The notes under the pieces: generated by a model
Databases searched by the model: none
Seen by the model: only the letters and a program-made list of their open reading frames with translations
Told to the model about the DNA's origin: nothing
Assembly: GCA_963924565.1 (NCBI GenBank)
Contig: OZ004611.1
Span: 6,882,001-6,946,000 of the forward strand
DNA length: 64,000 nucleotides
Direction: 5' to 3'
Source of the DNA: Ascidiella aspersa
Taxonomy: Eukaryota
Shown: in pieces, positions 13,211 to 26,600 of the stretch
How positions within the stretch are numbered: the stretch's first letter is position 1
Layout of the letters: each line of letters opens with the position of its first letter
Program-made: the position numbers and the translations under genes

Positions 13211-15573
13211 TTGTTAAAGATTTGCAGCAAAAAAGTCTATATTATGAAAAATTGCAAGCAATTTAAAACAAATACCGGTACACCTCAAAAATGTCGCACT
13301 CGCTCTGCTTGCAAGGTGCGCCGCCACGTTTTCATATGTCTTTAGGTGCACCCCGAGTAAAAAAGGTTGAGAAACACTGATTTGAACTAAGATTTTAGTT
13401 TAATATAAGCTAGAAAGCTGCATGCTTAGAAAGTATATGGGGTCATAGGAAGAAAGAGGTAAAATAAACACTTCTAGTGAAACAATATAGGCGGGATAAT
13501 TGATATGCCTGGTATAAACGGCATATTAAAGGTACCAAATATTTTAATTATTTAAACACTTCCTGGGCAAATTTAGGTAGAGGCCTGTCCCTGCTGAGAT
13601 CCCAAACTATGAAATAAGTAAAGATTTGACAATTTGTATACGGTTATAGCTAGGAATGTTCAAACTAGAATCAAGGGATTCTGATACCTAATCTCAATTG
13701 CATTCTAGTAGTTTTTTTATCATTTGTAAGCTTCTAATTTTGTGGGGGGGGGGGGTTAATCATATAATTTTAAAAATCGGCATGACATGTTAGTTGCTTA
13801 CCCAATAACGTTTGATTACTGATTTATTTATTTTGCCAAGGTTATTACCACCTGCATGGCCACAATTAAAGCAAGCACTACTACAACTGTGCCTCCATAG
13901 CGACAGGCCTTATCTAAACTTTCCACTCGCATACTATTAGGCGCAACAATCTGCTGCATTGAACAAATAAATTATACCGGTTCCAATTATCCAAAATGAG
14001 TTTAGTAGTTGAGGTTTTTGACTCTCGTTTGAAGGTAACTTGAAGGTTGCGTGCGTATAACTCGTTAGCCAACCACAAGACGTATAGGCTAGAATTGTAT
14101 TATCTGATAAGCGAACAACCAGTTAAACTATAGAATCTAGAAGGCGGACAAGTTAGCATATAGGAGATGCTACTTGCAATCTCAAAGTTGCCAACAGCAA
14201 GACGATAACTGAGAAGAAGTTTTTTTTTTCGAGCAGATAAGGTCTTAAGTACACAAACCCCTGTGCTGACAGCAGAGATAATGCAAGCCAGGAACTACTT
14301 TGCACTTTGGAGCGAGTAGGCAATAAATCTGTGGCATAAGCAAGCAAATACATCACAAAAGTTACTGTAAACACAATCTCTTAGTCGGTAAATTATAGTC
14401 GTGCCCTCGACACTATATTCTACTCACTGTAAAAGCTTAGTCAAAATACATTGTCAAGCCCTGTTAGGTCCTTTGTGACGAACTAAGAATATTCTCTTCT
14501 TGATTTGACCTAGAATCAGTGTAGTCAAATTATATTTTTAGTTTTGCTGAATAGACTTTCAAAACTGGTACGCGACTAACTTTAGCCTACGTATAAATTT
14601 CGAAAACGTTCAACTTTTAAAACTTTCAGATAATTTGCAATGCTGCGTTTTAGTTACCGTTTCGCACGTTTATGACGACGTAACACTGATAGTGAGCCGT
14701 GTATTGTCGTATGAATTGACCAGCTGGTGAAAAAAAACAACTATCACATAAACTTTTTGCTGGGTTTTTAGCTTCTTTGTCTTCCTGGTATGACGTTTGG
14801 TAAAGTTTAATTCAGCTACATGATCATATTTTTTTGTATATGCTAGACATCAACACTGTACAAAAGCTCAAAATGGTACGCGAGAAAAAAAGTTTTGTCT
14901 TATATGTTGATATTTTACAAATACCACAAATTATGTTGCCAAAATAAATAAGTGGGTTAAATTATGGAAAAAAACAAATTTGTTTGGTGTTTACTTTTGT
15001 TTAAAATGCGAGTGAGTAGTGCATATAAATTTAGGAACGTCAGCCCAGTGAAGTGTGATTAAAGCCTTTATTATTATTTGAGAAAATAAGATCTTTTGAG
15101 AAAAAAAAAGCTTTCCAATGTTTCTCTCCAATATTTGGGTTAAAATGAAGAAAGCGTGTTGAATAGATTTTTTCTACCTGCTGAATTCTAAAAACTTGCA
15201 TGTCATGAGTCCGAACAAAAATTCTAGACACTATGTTTTTGTAGTGGTTCCACGCAACCTTCAACAGATCTGGAAAGAGCATTTTAGAACACGACAAAAA
15301 AATTGCTGACCACTGTTTAGGCTTTATTATGTGTGGCTCAGTGTAGAAGATTGTTTCTAGCAATGAAAAATGATCATTAATGTTCCATTTACAACGTAAT
15401 TACACCTTAAAAGAGCAGTTTTTCTGCCAAACAAACACCATTGCAACTGACTTGACCTTGACGAGGTGCAAATGCTTTCAAACAGAACATTTATTTGTCT
15501 AATTGGGGTTCAGTGAACAGAACTGTGTTCAACCTCCTAATTGTGAGACAACAGTGTGGGTAGAATAATAGAT

Positions 15574-16003
15574 CAGTGATTCCCAACTGGGGGGTTGCAT
15601 ATTTTTCTTATTTGTGGCAAAACAGTCATTAAATAAAATATCTCTTAAACCGCAAATTTAGGTACTGCATACTACTAATGGCTTAAATCGGGACATTACA
15701 GTTTAATGGGTCGTTGACTCTAGTTGTATTATATAGTTAGTAATGGTTCTGAGCAAGATTTTTCTAAAATATCAATAAATTTCAGACGCAAAACGAACAT
15801 TATGGTTAATGTTAATTATTGCACTGTAATGATATATTAATAATTTGTTATGTTTTTTGTTCAGTGAAGAGAATTTTGTCGCTAATGGAAAAAACTTATG
15901 GAAAGTGAGAGATAGCTTTTATTTATAAGTTGGCAAAACTTATAACACTTTTTCTATGTTGATATATAGTTGGGTTGCAGCAAAAAAAGGTTGAGAAACA
16001 CTG
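15574..16003. mobile_element. hAT-Charlie/Buster-type MITE
   Basis: Terminal inverted repeats cagtgattcccaac and gttgagaaacactg, both with a subterminal gggttgca. The target-site duplication is not conserved. Confidence 0.65.
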
Positions 16004-17134
16004 CGTTCATTTTCAGCCTTCTACCTATATTTACCTTTTTTGTTTATTTACAATGATTTTTGCAGTAAAAAATATTTTTTTAGAAGAATTGCATGTGTAT
16101 CTTGGTTTCACTTTACATCTCTGGTTTGCATCTTCGAGGTGTGTGTCCTCACGGGGCGTCAGAGTGACAACTGGTTTTATGTTAGGTACTGGTGATGTAT
16201 TTATTACCCGGTAAATGAAACATAGTCAATAAGTAGGTATAGTGTGATTAATGCGGAAATTTATAAATAAAAATTCTTCAACCAATATGGATTCATGAAC
16301 GTTTATTTAAATAACGGCATTAAACATTTTTTGATTTCTGTAAAAGTTATTTACTAAAAACTATGGGGCTAAGTCCTAAACCAAAATTATCAATTTTGAA
16401 AAATTTTGGAACCAAATTGGGCTATGTCCAAAAAGGGGGCCAAAAAAATAGGGGACTCCGATAAATATAAAACCCATATAGTAGTATGTATTGGTAACCT
16501 ATAAAACAGACATAGCCCAGTTTTCAGCTATAAATTTACAAGAATGTGTCGAATTAAACATGTTTATTACTAATTGATGTGTTGAAAAATATCAAGTGGT
16601 TAAAATCGTCAACATGTTAAAATCGTCAATTGTGTTTAAAATCTCCCAATATTCATTGTAAAACACGTCAAAATATCAGGTGTTTAGCCAAAATTCAGAT
16701 AAACACGGAGGTGTTTAAATTAGGTGTTAAAGTCTTTCAAAATACAAAGTTTCCAATCTAGCAACAAACCTGTTGTCCAAGCTAACTTGTTTTTGCTGTT
16801 TGCACAATTTTACTATCTTATGCATCAGATAATGCGTTTTTTAGATTCAATCAAACCAAACGATGCATTAACTTTGATTCCTCTGAAGATGATTTATGCT
16901 TAGAGTAAGTCATGTTAGGCATTTTTAAAAACTAGTGTTAAGTGTAATCAAAACAATTTTATGTATTTGGATCTAGCTTAAATTACATGAGAATGTGAAG
17001 GAATGAGTGATGTCAACCCCAACTCATCCGGCAAACATCTTTCACATTTGCTTAAATTTTGAGTAATAATTCATTTTTTGTTAAATCCACTGTAGTTATT
17101 ATTAAAAACAATCAAACAGAATCTATATTTTCAA

Positions 17135-17575
17135 TATTTTTAAAGAAAAGAGACACAAGGCTGTGCGGAGCAGAGACACCACTTCTACAAGCCGTTCGGC
17201 TTCACCCCAGCAAAATTATTAACATTTTTAAAGAAAAGAGACACACTAACAGCTCCAGAAATGTGAGGTAAATATGTTTAGAAATGATTAACTAATATCA
17301 AACCCCAGCAAAATTATTAACATTTGCAAATATTTTAAAGAAAACGGTCACGCCACAGCCGCAGAGCTGTGCGACGCAGAGACACCACTTCTACAAGCCG
17401 TTCTGCATCGACCAGGAGGTAAATATGTTTAGATAACTAATATCAAACCCCAGCAAAATATTATTAACATTTGTGATATTTTAAAGAAAAACGGTCAAGC
17501 CACAGCCGCAGAGCTGTGCGACGCAGAGACACCATTTCTACAAGCCGTTCACCATCAACCATCAGGTAATATATA
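17135..17575 (+). repeat. Tandem array of duplicated exon-intron units inside an unidentified decayed multi-exon gene
   Basis: Unit ttttaaag|aaaacggtca..ctacaagccgtt..ag|gtaa plus intron taactaatatcaaaccccagcaaaa. There are two full copies (exons 17341-17418 and 17487-17565) and two partial copies upstream. Confidence 0.75.
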
Positions 17576-19805
17576 AAATGTTTGACTATATTTTTGTGAC
17601 TAAGTGGATATCAGCAATTGCCTTCTTCGAGCCTCCAGCTTTCTTCTATCAGGTTTGTTTTGGAATAATTTTATGCTTTTTAGATTTGTTACAATGAATC
17701 TAATATATTTGGTAAGTTCAACATACTTCTTTCATTTTTAGGTCTGTTTCATCCAGAAAAAGAAGACTATGTCCATTTTGCAAAACGAAGAAAAAAAAGG
17801 TTATTCTGGAATACATTAAGAAAAATGAAAAAAAGATGAATGTACTGCGACAGAAAGAAATATTGGTTCGCTTTCATTCAGTGAACTTAAATTGTTTGCT
17901 AGGGTAATATGCCGCCAAGGGTGCAGATCATCTCTTTTCACGTTAAAAAGTGAATTCCAAAATGGAGAAACTACATCTCATGGAAACTTTCTAAGCACAA
18001 TTTGGCATATTTGCAAAAATCTGTATTGAATATCCAACCCAGAATGTTTCAATAACGTTGGGGAAAAAATGACGCCGTCTTAATTTAATAGCATCTATAA
18101 GGAGGACTGAAACAAGAAAATTTACAAACCCTGGAAAAATAGTTGAATCTACACGAATTGCATTGGATAGATTAGCATCAGGTTGACTATGTTTTGAGTG
18201 TCTTTTAACAGTATTTTGCAGAAACTTTAAATAGTTTTGTTGCATTTTGGTAGACCATAATGCTTTCTCACTACTTTTGTGGCAGTTTTTCACATATTAG
18301 TTTGTCACACAAAGCAGAAAACTGCATTTTTTATAAAATAGGTAGTAAATACTGACTATGTGTACAGTCAAAACATAGGCGAATGTTGCAATAAATTTTT
18401 TTGCAAAGTATCACCTTGTTAATAGATGTTACTCAGAACATTGCTTCTACGATGCCAACTACATTAAGTGGAACAAAAGGTATTTGGGGGTTTGACAAGG
18501 CAAGAAGATGCATGTGGTTTACAAGTTTGTGTCGTTTAGATTCTGAAACTAGCAGCCAAGTAAAGCATGAACAAGTCTTTTTTGTGATTTACATTACGGT
18601 CTGCTGCTAGTAACTAAGTATATCGTTAAAGTCAACTAGTTTCTACTACTATAAAAACTAAAAATGTTTGGTGATAAACTGGAGATGTAACTTTAATACT
18701 TTGCAGAACGTGAATTCATCAAAGTTGACTTTGTTGATGACGATTTGACATGTTATATTTACGACCCCCTAAGGACATTAAAATGTTAAATCGGAAAAAA
18801 ATTAAAGCGCTCAATTGTTTATGCTAGATGGCCAGAGGGGGCCGCCTGTTTTATGAGGCAAAAGTTGTTAAAATCCTTCAGCTGCAAAATTAAGCAAGAA
18901 ATTACTAGGTATATCACAACTTGACCATACTAAGGTTAAATATTTTCACTAAAATTCAAATTTCTAAACAATCTGCCACTTTAAATTTGCAAATTAAAAA
19001 AAAAAAAAAACACAGCCACCTAGTTTCTTAAAGAAAATTTCACCAAAATGTTTTAAAATATTACACTTTTCACAAATATAATTTCTGTTTGCAGCGCTTT
19101 CAAGAAATAAATTACATGTAAAAATATATCTCCAGTCAAAAGAATACGCAGAAACTCTAACTCTTCTTTACCTGCAAGAAGTTACAAGGTATATCGAAAC
19201 ATTTTAAAATAACTTATATTCACTACAGATTAATCTTTGTCATAGCCTTGAAATATTGTGAAAAGTAGCTATATAAGTAAACAGAATAACCGAAAAGTTT
19301 GTGATAGATGCTCTGCACTTTACCTTCAAAATAAGCTAATGCTGCATGCTTTTCACGTTAATGTTCTCATAATTAAATTTCATAAAAGTGTTTCGAACGT
19401 TCTTTTCCATGTGTTGTAGTGTTGTACTTTACCTTTAAAACAAAGTAATGCCGCAAACTTTTTACATAAATATTCTCTAAAGTTACTGATGTTTAACATA
19501 AAACATCACCTCCTTCACTGTGGTATACATGAATGCTACATAGCCAAAACGTTCGTTTTTTCGTACTGTTTCATTAAAGTGGTGATGTATGTGGACAAGT
19601 TTGCAGCGTGATGTTACACAGTCTATTTAAAATCATTCTGTAAACATAGTTTTTTTTTTATAAAATTAGTTTTAAAATTGCAAATCGAATAAACGTTGGT
19701 CGGTCATGACCGGTCCAGAGACAGGTTCAAAATATGACAGTTGTTGTTCTAATTAAGCTACAATAAAATTTTCCAACGTGATCGTTCTAACCCCCTATAT
19801 TTATG

Positions 19806-19840
19806 ACTAGACGAAATACCCGGCGTTGCCCAGGTTAAAT
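19806..19840 (-). mobile_element. Helitron 3' terminus
   Basis: The minus strand reads cctgggcaacgccggg (imperfect hairpin), then a short spacer, then CTAG|T, the canonical Helitron 3' signature. Confidence 0.6.
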
Positions 19841-20978
19841 AGGGTATTATTTACTTGGAAAAGTAATATGCAGCCGTTCGTGCCCGGATTTTGCGTGGTT
19901 AAAGAGGACTGGGTCAAGTAAAAACACTTTCTCTCAATAAAGTAGGATGCGACCCTTATGAAAGCAAACTAATCTCGCAACTTTAGCAATTACGAAACAA
20001 ACGGTATAGTTAAAAATACCTAACCAAACAGCGATTCTGTCGCAGTGTTTAAACTGTACCGCAATATAAAAAAGCCCGTCGTAGTTCAGATGCGCTTCTA
20101 TATAAACTGAAAGCATTTCACACAAAACTGTCTTTAGTTTTACAGTTGTTACTAAACAGCATCAACCTTACTTTGGAACTTACAGTACAATCCGACAAAA
20201 TCTATTTTATAAAGAATGGCACAGCGGGGTTAATATTTGTAATCTTGCAACTTTAGCAAAATTGCCGGCGCCACATCATTTTCGTGATGCTTTAGTAAAT
20301 AAGCGCTAATGATGCTTACCAACAAATTTGGTTATTTGTAGTTTGATTTCGGCGATTGTTTAAAATGTGATCTCATCCTTTTAGAGATTAATAAAAACGT
20401 TCTATAGAGCGACCTGAGGCGAACAGCGCTTGACCGGCTTAACTCTGTATACCGGAATGGTAACTACTTCGTGGATGATGTAAAAAAAATCGAGAAGAAT
20501 AAATTAATTTTGTTTAAAATGCACGCGATGCTGCGTTGTCTTCCAACATAAGCAGTAAAGCTTTTCACTTGAATTACGGATAATCTTTCAGAACTCGTTT
20601 TGTTTGATGTACTATTATTACTCCAAACAGATTGTTTGCCTTTTGTTTACCAATATTGTTAGTATTTTTCACAAAGATTTATTTTATGTTATTTTTTCAT
20701 TTTATGAAAATAGTTTAGAAACATATTATTTTTTTAAACAGTTTTCGTTAAACGTTGGCTGTCCTGCAAACAGTTTTTTAAACCAATCTGTTTCTTAAAA
20801 CGGTTTTTGAAGCGAAGTTGAAGTGGTTCTGTAAAATTATCACTTTAAACGCTTTGCCTTCCGTTTGTTTTACTACTTAGTATTGCCAGTCTTTATTTTT
20901 GCAACAAAATACGGTTCTTGAAACAGATTTGGAAATAAATTTGTTTCTTGAAACTTTTTTAAAGACCGAAATCCTTTT

Positions 20979-21635
20979 ATGTCAACAGCTCAGCTATGCA
21001 ACATTGCAAATGGAACGTACGCTCTGACAATCCTAAAATTAAAGAACACGAAAAGTGCTTCAGAATTCGTTTTTCGGAAAAAACAACAGGTTATGGGGCA
21101 TAATAAGTCTATGTGTAAACTTGATGGTGATGAAATACACATCAATCCACATCTATTGTATCAACGTTTGGTAATTGCTGCGAAAAACTTGGATGAAGAT
21201 GTTTTCAAAGACTGTTTGTTTCAAGTTTTAAAAGAAAATGTACTGGTCCTTCATGCTCCAGAAGATGCTGATGTATGTCTTCATTGTTCAAACCGCTGCC
21301 CAGTCATTTAATGAAACCAATACAATTGTAGTTGGAGATGATACAGATCCCCTAGTTCTCTTAATTCATCACGTTGAGGTAGATGAGGATAGTCTTTACA
21401 AGTGGTACTTTTGTCATGCTCCAAAAAGTAATTCATCCAGCACAAAAACTTGGGATATTACATTGATAAAGCGTCAACTCGGAAAAAAGAAATCTCACAG
21501 AGTATATTATTCCTACACGCAATACTAGGATGCGACACGACGTCACGTTTATTCGGTATAGAAAGTCCGAAAGGGTTGACTCGATTTCTCAAATATGAAC
21601 ATTGTGAGTGCGAGATAATAAAGCTGACATTTTGA
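20979..21635 (+). mobile_element. XPG/FEN1-like nuclease fragment, probably from an Academ (AcademX) transposon
   Basis: Motifs INPHLLYQRL, HAPEDADV, IVVGDDTDPLVLL and the H3TH-like FLHAILGCDTTSRLFGI. The region is intronless, frameshifted and deleted. Confidence 0.6.
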
Positions 21636-21641
21636 AAGAAA

Positions 21642-21880
21642 CTACATTGATGAAGTCCGAAACTGGTACAATACGAGTACAGTTCTGTCCACTGTAGTCC
21701 AGACAGATAATATCTTCAAACTTCTCACACAAATATCGCATTTTTGCGACACGCAATTTCTATCGTTACTGTTCGGCATGCAACAAATTTGGTGCATTGT
21801 GCATGTCACACCCAGAGAATGTGTTCCGGATGCGCTAACCCACCATTTAGGTCTAAGCGTATTTTGTTTCATGGTTTTGT
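21642..21880 (-). mobile_element. DNA-transposase fragment, Sola2-like
   Basis: LRPKWWVSASGTHS..CTMHQ and WTTVDRTVL resemble remembered motifs of this family; the superfamily label is unverified. Confidence 0.4.
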
Positions 21881-22718
21881 TTTAGTGTGCACAGAAGCAA
21901 CCTTTGTTGTTCATATTGATTTTTCATAATGCTCTTCTAACACGGTCTTACTAACTACAAAACCATGTTGTAGTGGTTTGATTATTACGAAACGAAACGT
22001 AACAATAACGCAAGCACTCGGTAAATTTTCTGATAGACAACAACCTTATTCATTATATTGCTATAAAGGTTCAGGTTTATTACCACTTTTTTTCAAAATG
22101 AGTGGTGTTGAGGGTAATTTCAGTTGTGATATCTTTTTGGACACTTGTAGCCATCTCAAACGTCGTCACTTATACAATTTAAGAGTGTGGAGGAGGTCTA
22201 CGAAGAATCGTTAAAGGAAGACACAATCAGTCTATTTGATGTCTTCCAGGACCACCAAAAGCGTGATTCTTGCATAGGTAAGAAACCAAAATATCTAAAC
22301 AATTAACATCTCTTCGCAGTTAAATGCCGATCGCTAATACCTGAACGCGAATTACATTATTATTTTAGTTAGGCTGCGGGTTAGCGTTGGGTCAATTCCA
22401 ACCACTCCCAAACTCCAAACCCAAATATTGTTAGCAATGTTAAGGCTGGATCACACTAGACGCGTCAACAGCGCTTCTAACCGAAAGCGTCAAATTTTAT
22501 CTAAAAGTAGGACATTTTAGAAGTTACTTAATAGTAAAAAAGTACGTTTACCATCTAGCACCAAGTTGTCTTAACTGAGTAAGGTGATTGTCAAGGTTAA
22601 CCGTGACGCTTTTGTTATCTGATTTTTTTTTGTTCTATTCTAGTAAATTTGTTCAACTTGAATAGATAGTTAAGCTGACTGCTGACTAAATTACATCGTT
22701 CATTTTTAGAAGATATGG

Positions 22719-24533
22719 ATGGACTTCAACAAAATGCTAATAAACTTTGTAAGAAACTACCCTGTTTTATATAACAGCAAAGATGCAGGATACAAGGATG
22801 CTCTAAAAAAAGGACAGCCAGGTAAACGTCCATTGCCGTCTAGTTGTTTGAGCATATTGAAAAATAAGAAAACTAAAGTTACTGGCGCTTATTTTGTAGT
22901 AGCCTAGTTAAAAACAGATACTGTGAAATATGACAGATATAGTAGCTAAATAGCAGCATAAACCACAAGTGTATCTTACTTATTAGTAACAGATTGCCAG
23001 AAAAGATGGAAGAGCCGGAGAGACAGGTATTCCAAGGTGAAAAAAGATAAGAGCGAAGCCCAAAGAAGCGGCTCTGGGGCTGTTCGCCATAAGAACTGGG
23101 AGCATTTTGACAGCCTTTCATTTTTAGACGATCATATGCGCAACTGTATGTATTTGCTGACATTTGGTAGTGTTATACAGATAGAATTAGCTATAATAGA
23201 CCAAGAATTCCAGCTATTGTTTTACAGTTTTAAACAAAACTAAATACTTTAATGTACTACTTTTTGTTTAAAGAACTGTCAATAACTATGAAATGCTGGA
23301 TGTCACCAACACCAGCTCAGACTTGAAGGAAGCTGTGATGATAGGTTTGATATTACTTTATTGAAGTTATGTTTGAATAAAAATCATACATTGCAAAACA
23401 ATTTCATATGCACTTTGTTTTTAAATATAAAATTGTAAAAAGATCTTGATGAAGTCGTGAATGACGAGGGCGTCGATCAGGGGTGACGAACCTATTTGCT
23501 GTCGCGGTCGCGGGCCACACAGCTTTTAACTCATGCTATAAAACCTGTTAATAAAAAATGTCCAATGGCAAGCTAAGCAAGCTTACACTCAACTAGTTAC
23601 TACTGCAATGTACTGAAGCAGCACCAGGCTCATGGTGTTGAATTGATGGGTACTGTATAGATTTACACAACAGTTTCTACGATCCCTGCATGATATACGC
23701 CAGTGGTTCTTAACCTTTTTTTAAAATATGGGTTTTGATTTCATTGAATTGGCTAAATTGCAATTTAGGAGGCTTTTAGCGTTGGGCGCACAACAAATTG
23801 CTGGTGCTCTCGACACATTGATTTTTATCGAGCTGATTTTGAAAAACGTGTTGTGAGGAAATTGACTCTATTAAGTTCTCGTTTTTTAAAAGATGTGACG
23901 ACACACAATACAACGGCAATATTACAAAGAACGTTATATATGCAAAAAAGAGTCCCCTGTTGCTAGCCTGTTATCATATATCTATTAGTTAGCAAAACTG
24001 AAATTAAATAGGGCCGTTATTTCTTATTTTAATTCGGCTATCAGCTTTTGATATCGCATCGCAAAGAGTAGAAGCGGGTCAAAGAAACTTTAAGACTGCC
24101 TTGTCCTCACCCGAATGTTTCGCGGGCCACACAAAATTCTTTTGCGGGCCACTTGTGACGGCCCGCGGGACACGTGTTCGTCACCCCTGCGTCGTAGATA
24201 GACCACGATCGTCCAGACTATCAGAACAAAAAGAAAAAAGATTGGAATTTGAAGTAAGTGTTTATTTCATTGATTTTAAAGCCCTTTTTATTGTGGCATT
24301 TCCAACTTAGGCTACCCTATTTTGAGAAGATTCATTTATTTTACATTGCAGTATGGAAAAAAACTCAGGCCATTTCAGCGGCAACTTCAAAGCCCAAGGA
24401 AGATGCCGCATCTCATTTTTCCAACCTAGTATCCACTAAAATCCGGCTGCTACCAAAAGAAAAGTCAGAGCAATTGGCCCACATTTTAAATTATTTGTGT
24501 GACTTACAATATGGTAATAAAAATAAAACATAA
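22719..24533 (+). pseudogene. MADF (Myb/SANT-like) DNA-binding gene with BESS-like C-terminus; Harbinger accessory gene
   Basis: Reads LINFVRNYPVLYNSKDAGYKD, WKSRRDRYSK..SGSGA..WEHFDSLSFL and EDAASHFSNLVSTKIRLLP. It has GT-AG introns, and one exon is split by a MITE. Confidence 0.75.
23478..24189. mobile_element. hAT-type MITE inserted in a MADF exon
   Basis: Perfect terminal inverted repeats caggggtgacgaac / gttcgtcacccctg, internal gcgggccac repeats, and cgtcg on both flanks. Confidence 0.8.
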
Positions 24534-25544
24534 ATTGATACAATTGTGTTGAAACGAAAGAAATAAAAATACTAATAGTGACTACTTGTCCCTGCCATGG
24601 CAATTGTCCAGAAGGTGACATAAAACTGATCTATTGGCCTAAGGGTAATAGACTCCCCACGGTCTCTTCTCCCCACAATCCAAGTGTAACATCCCCTTGC
24701 TCGTCACGATCGAGGATCCTTGGAAAAATACAACTTTGGCCGCCTTTCTTCTGGAGAAAATTATAAAGGCAGCATTGTTGACATCGGCTATTATCGGACG
24801 TTTGAAGAAAACCCTCCAGCGTGTCAATCGTCCGGGTCGGCTACCAGTCGCCACAGTTTCCCCTCAGGGATAGAACTTTGTGTGAGCTTCGTTCGTGGCC
24901 TCCCTTTTCTCAGCGCTGCGTGATATCTTTGTGTCGTTTTGATATCATTCGTCGGGTGGATACCGAGAGAATCGAACGCATTTTGAGCACAGTTTGCAAT
25001 CTCGTTGGTTAGAGACAAGCTGTAGCCTTATGCGAGCACTAGGTGTGCATGGTTATTTGCCGTATACTGATGATTGTCGTTCTGTCCAATAAAACGTCTT
25101 GCTCGAGAAAGTAAAGTCATTCCTATCCTTAGCAGCTTCTTTGGGGATCGTGTCCCGATCTAGTCTGCGAAACTATAGTTGAATACTTTCTTATTTTCTG
25201 GTAAAAAATGGCCAGGGTATGGTCTCATTGAAATCAGCTACAAAACAAAATGGCGAGACAACAGATGAGTTAGCTATGCACTCAGGAAGGAATAGATAGG
25301 CAAAGAATTATTAATTTTGTATCCTATTAGTATTTTATATTCAATAAAAGGAATGTGGTTTTATAAGATGTTTATTTTTTATATCTTTACAGTTTCTACA
25401 AACTCTTCGTCAACTGCATGCTGAAATATTGATCACGTCATTGTGTTGCCTTTTTTATAAAGAGCACATGCTTAATATTACCACTGTGAAAATTGATATA
25501 TAAATAAAACTGTAGCTTGATCTTATCATATTTTGTTTATTATC

Positions 25545-25799
25545 GTGTTTTACCGTTACGATTTCACATAGACGTAAACAAGACCAAAACGAAACGACTT
25601 TCAGACGATTAAAAGGTGCCATAAAGACGTTTTTGTAATCGATTTAAATGCGATTTTTTAGTACGTCTACTAGTCGTGTTTTAGCGCACGTTTATTACCG
25701 TTACGATTTTAGACATTCTGAAGACCTAAATAAGAGCAAGACGAGTGCGAGATTAAAACGATTTGAAGATAACCTAAAAACGTTTTGTGTTCAATGGGT
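25545..25799. repeat. CACTA/EnSpm-like terminus with subterminal repeats
   Basis: Repeated ttaccgttacgattt and agacg/aaacg motifs ending in aaacgttttgtgttcaatggg (reverse complement CCCATTGAACACAAAACGTT). Confidence 0.45.
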
Positions 25800-25879
25800 T
25801 ACTCTAATTTTTTTTAAATATAATTTTGCTGGGGTTTATCATCCTCTTCTTTTGCTACTAAATTAGTATTTTGGTCTCT

Positions 25880-26600
25880 AACTCTACCGAACCCAAGAAT
25901 ATTACTTGAGAAGTTGTAGATGAGCTAGGTTCATCTTCATTGGGAGCAAATTTGGTAGACAACCATTGAAGTAAGCTGTCCCTCATACTTAATAAAGATT
26001 GCAAACATATGCTTACAGGGTATGAAGTGGTAAGCAAAAAATCTCTGTTGTTCTTTACATTTGGTAATCTTTGTCGTTACCTATTTTACTCGTATTGATT
26101 CTGCTTATAGCTTCTATATTAAATAATATTTATTTTTCTTTAGTATTTGGTACACCACCTATAAAATTCATCAAAGCTGAGTTAAGAAGCTATACTGTAT
26201 ATTTAAACTGTCTAACCATTAAATACAGACTCCACTGCACACTTGTCAGTCATGAAGTTAGTAGGGTTCCAAGTTGGGCACCATCCTTTCAAAATCTGAA
26301 GGGCTTCCTGAATGTCTTTTGTTGTTTCATTTTAAGTTATGAAGCTGGCTACGACTTGGTACCACCCCACATTTTTCTTCACACACAGAAAAAACAATAG
26401 GAGTGCATATTTTGTGGTTTTCTACATAGCATCAAGAAGATAAATATCTCAACAGTTCTGCGCTGCCAAGCAAGTTTGTGTGAACAAAAAGCATCGTTTC
26501 CTGATATTCACAGGCAGGTATTTTGTGTTCAGTGGACCATTTCGGTTCCCCCAAAACATCTTAATAACAAGATGTGTAAGATGCCTAGATTGCAGTCGAG
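25880..26600 (-). mobile_element. MULE/Mutator transposase remnant with SWIM finger
   Basis: The minus strand gives LDAM*KTTKYALLLFFLCVR, YQVVASFIT*NETTKDIQEALQILKGWCPTWNPTNFMTD, and downstream IPCKHMFAIF. Confidence 0.75.

Larger units (their letters stand above)
22444..25265. mobile_element. PIF/Harbinger element (MADF gene on +, transposase 3' remnant on -), truncated and interrupted
   Basis: TAA followed by TIR-like ggctggatcacactagacgcg at 22444, then a MADF gene. The minus strand at 25170-25265 reads PFCFVAD..MRPYPG..LPENKKVFNY. Confidence 0.7.

Noticed and set aside
17135-17575. Repeat array as a possible CRISPR
   Set aside because: The units are long, lack unique spacers, carry splice signals, and sit in eukaryotic DNA with no cas genes.
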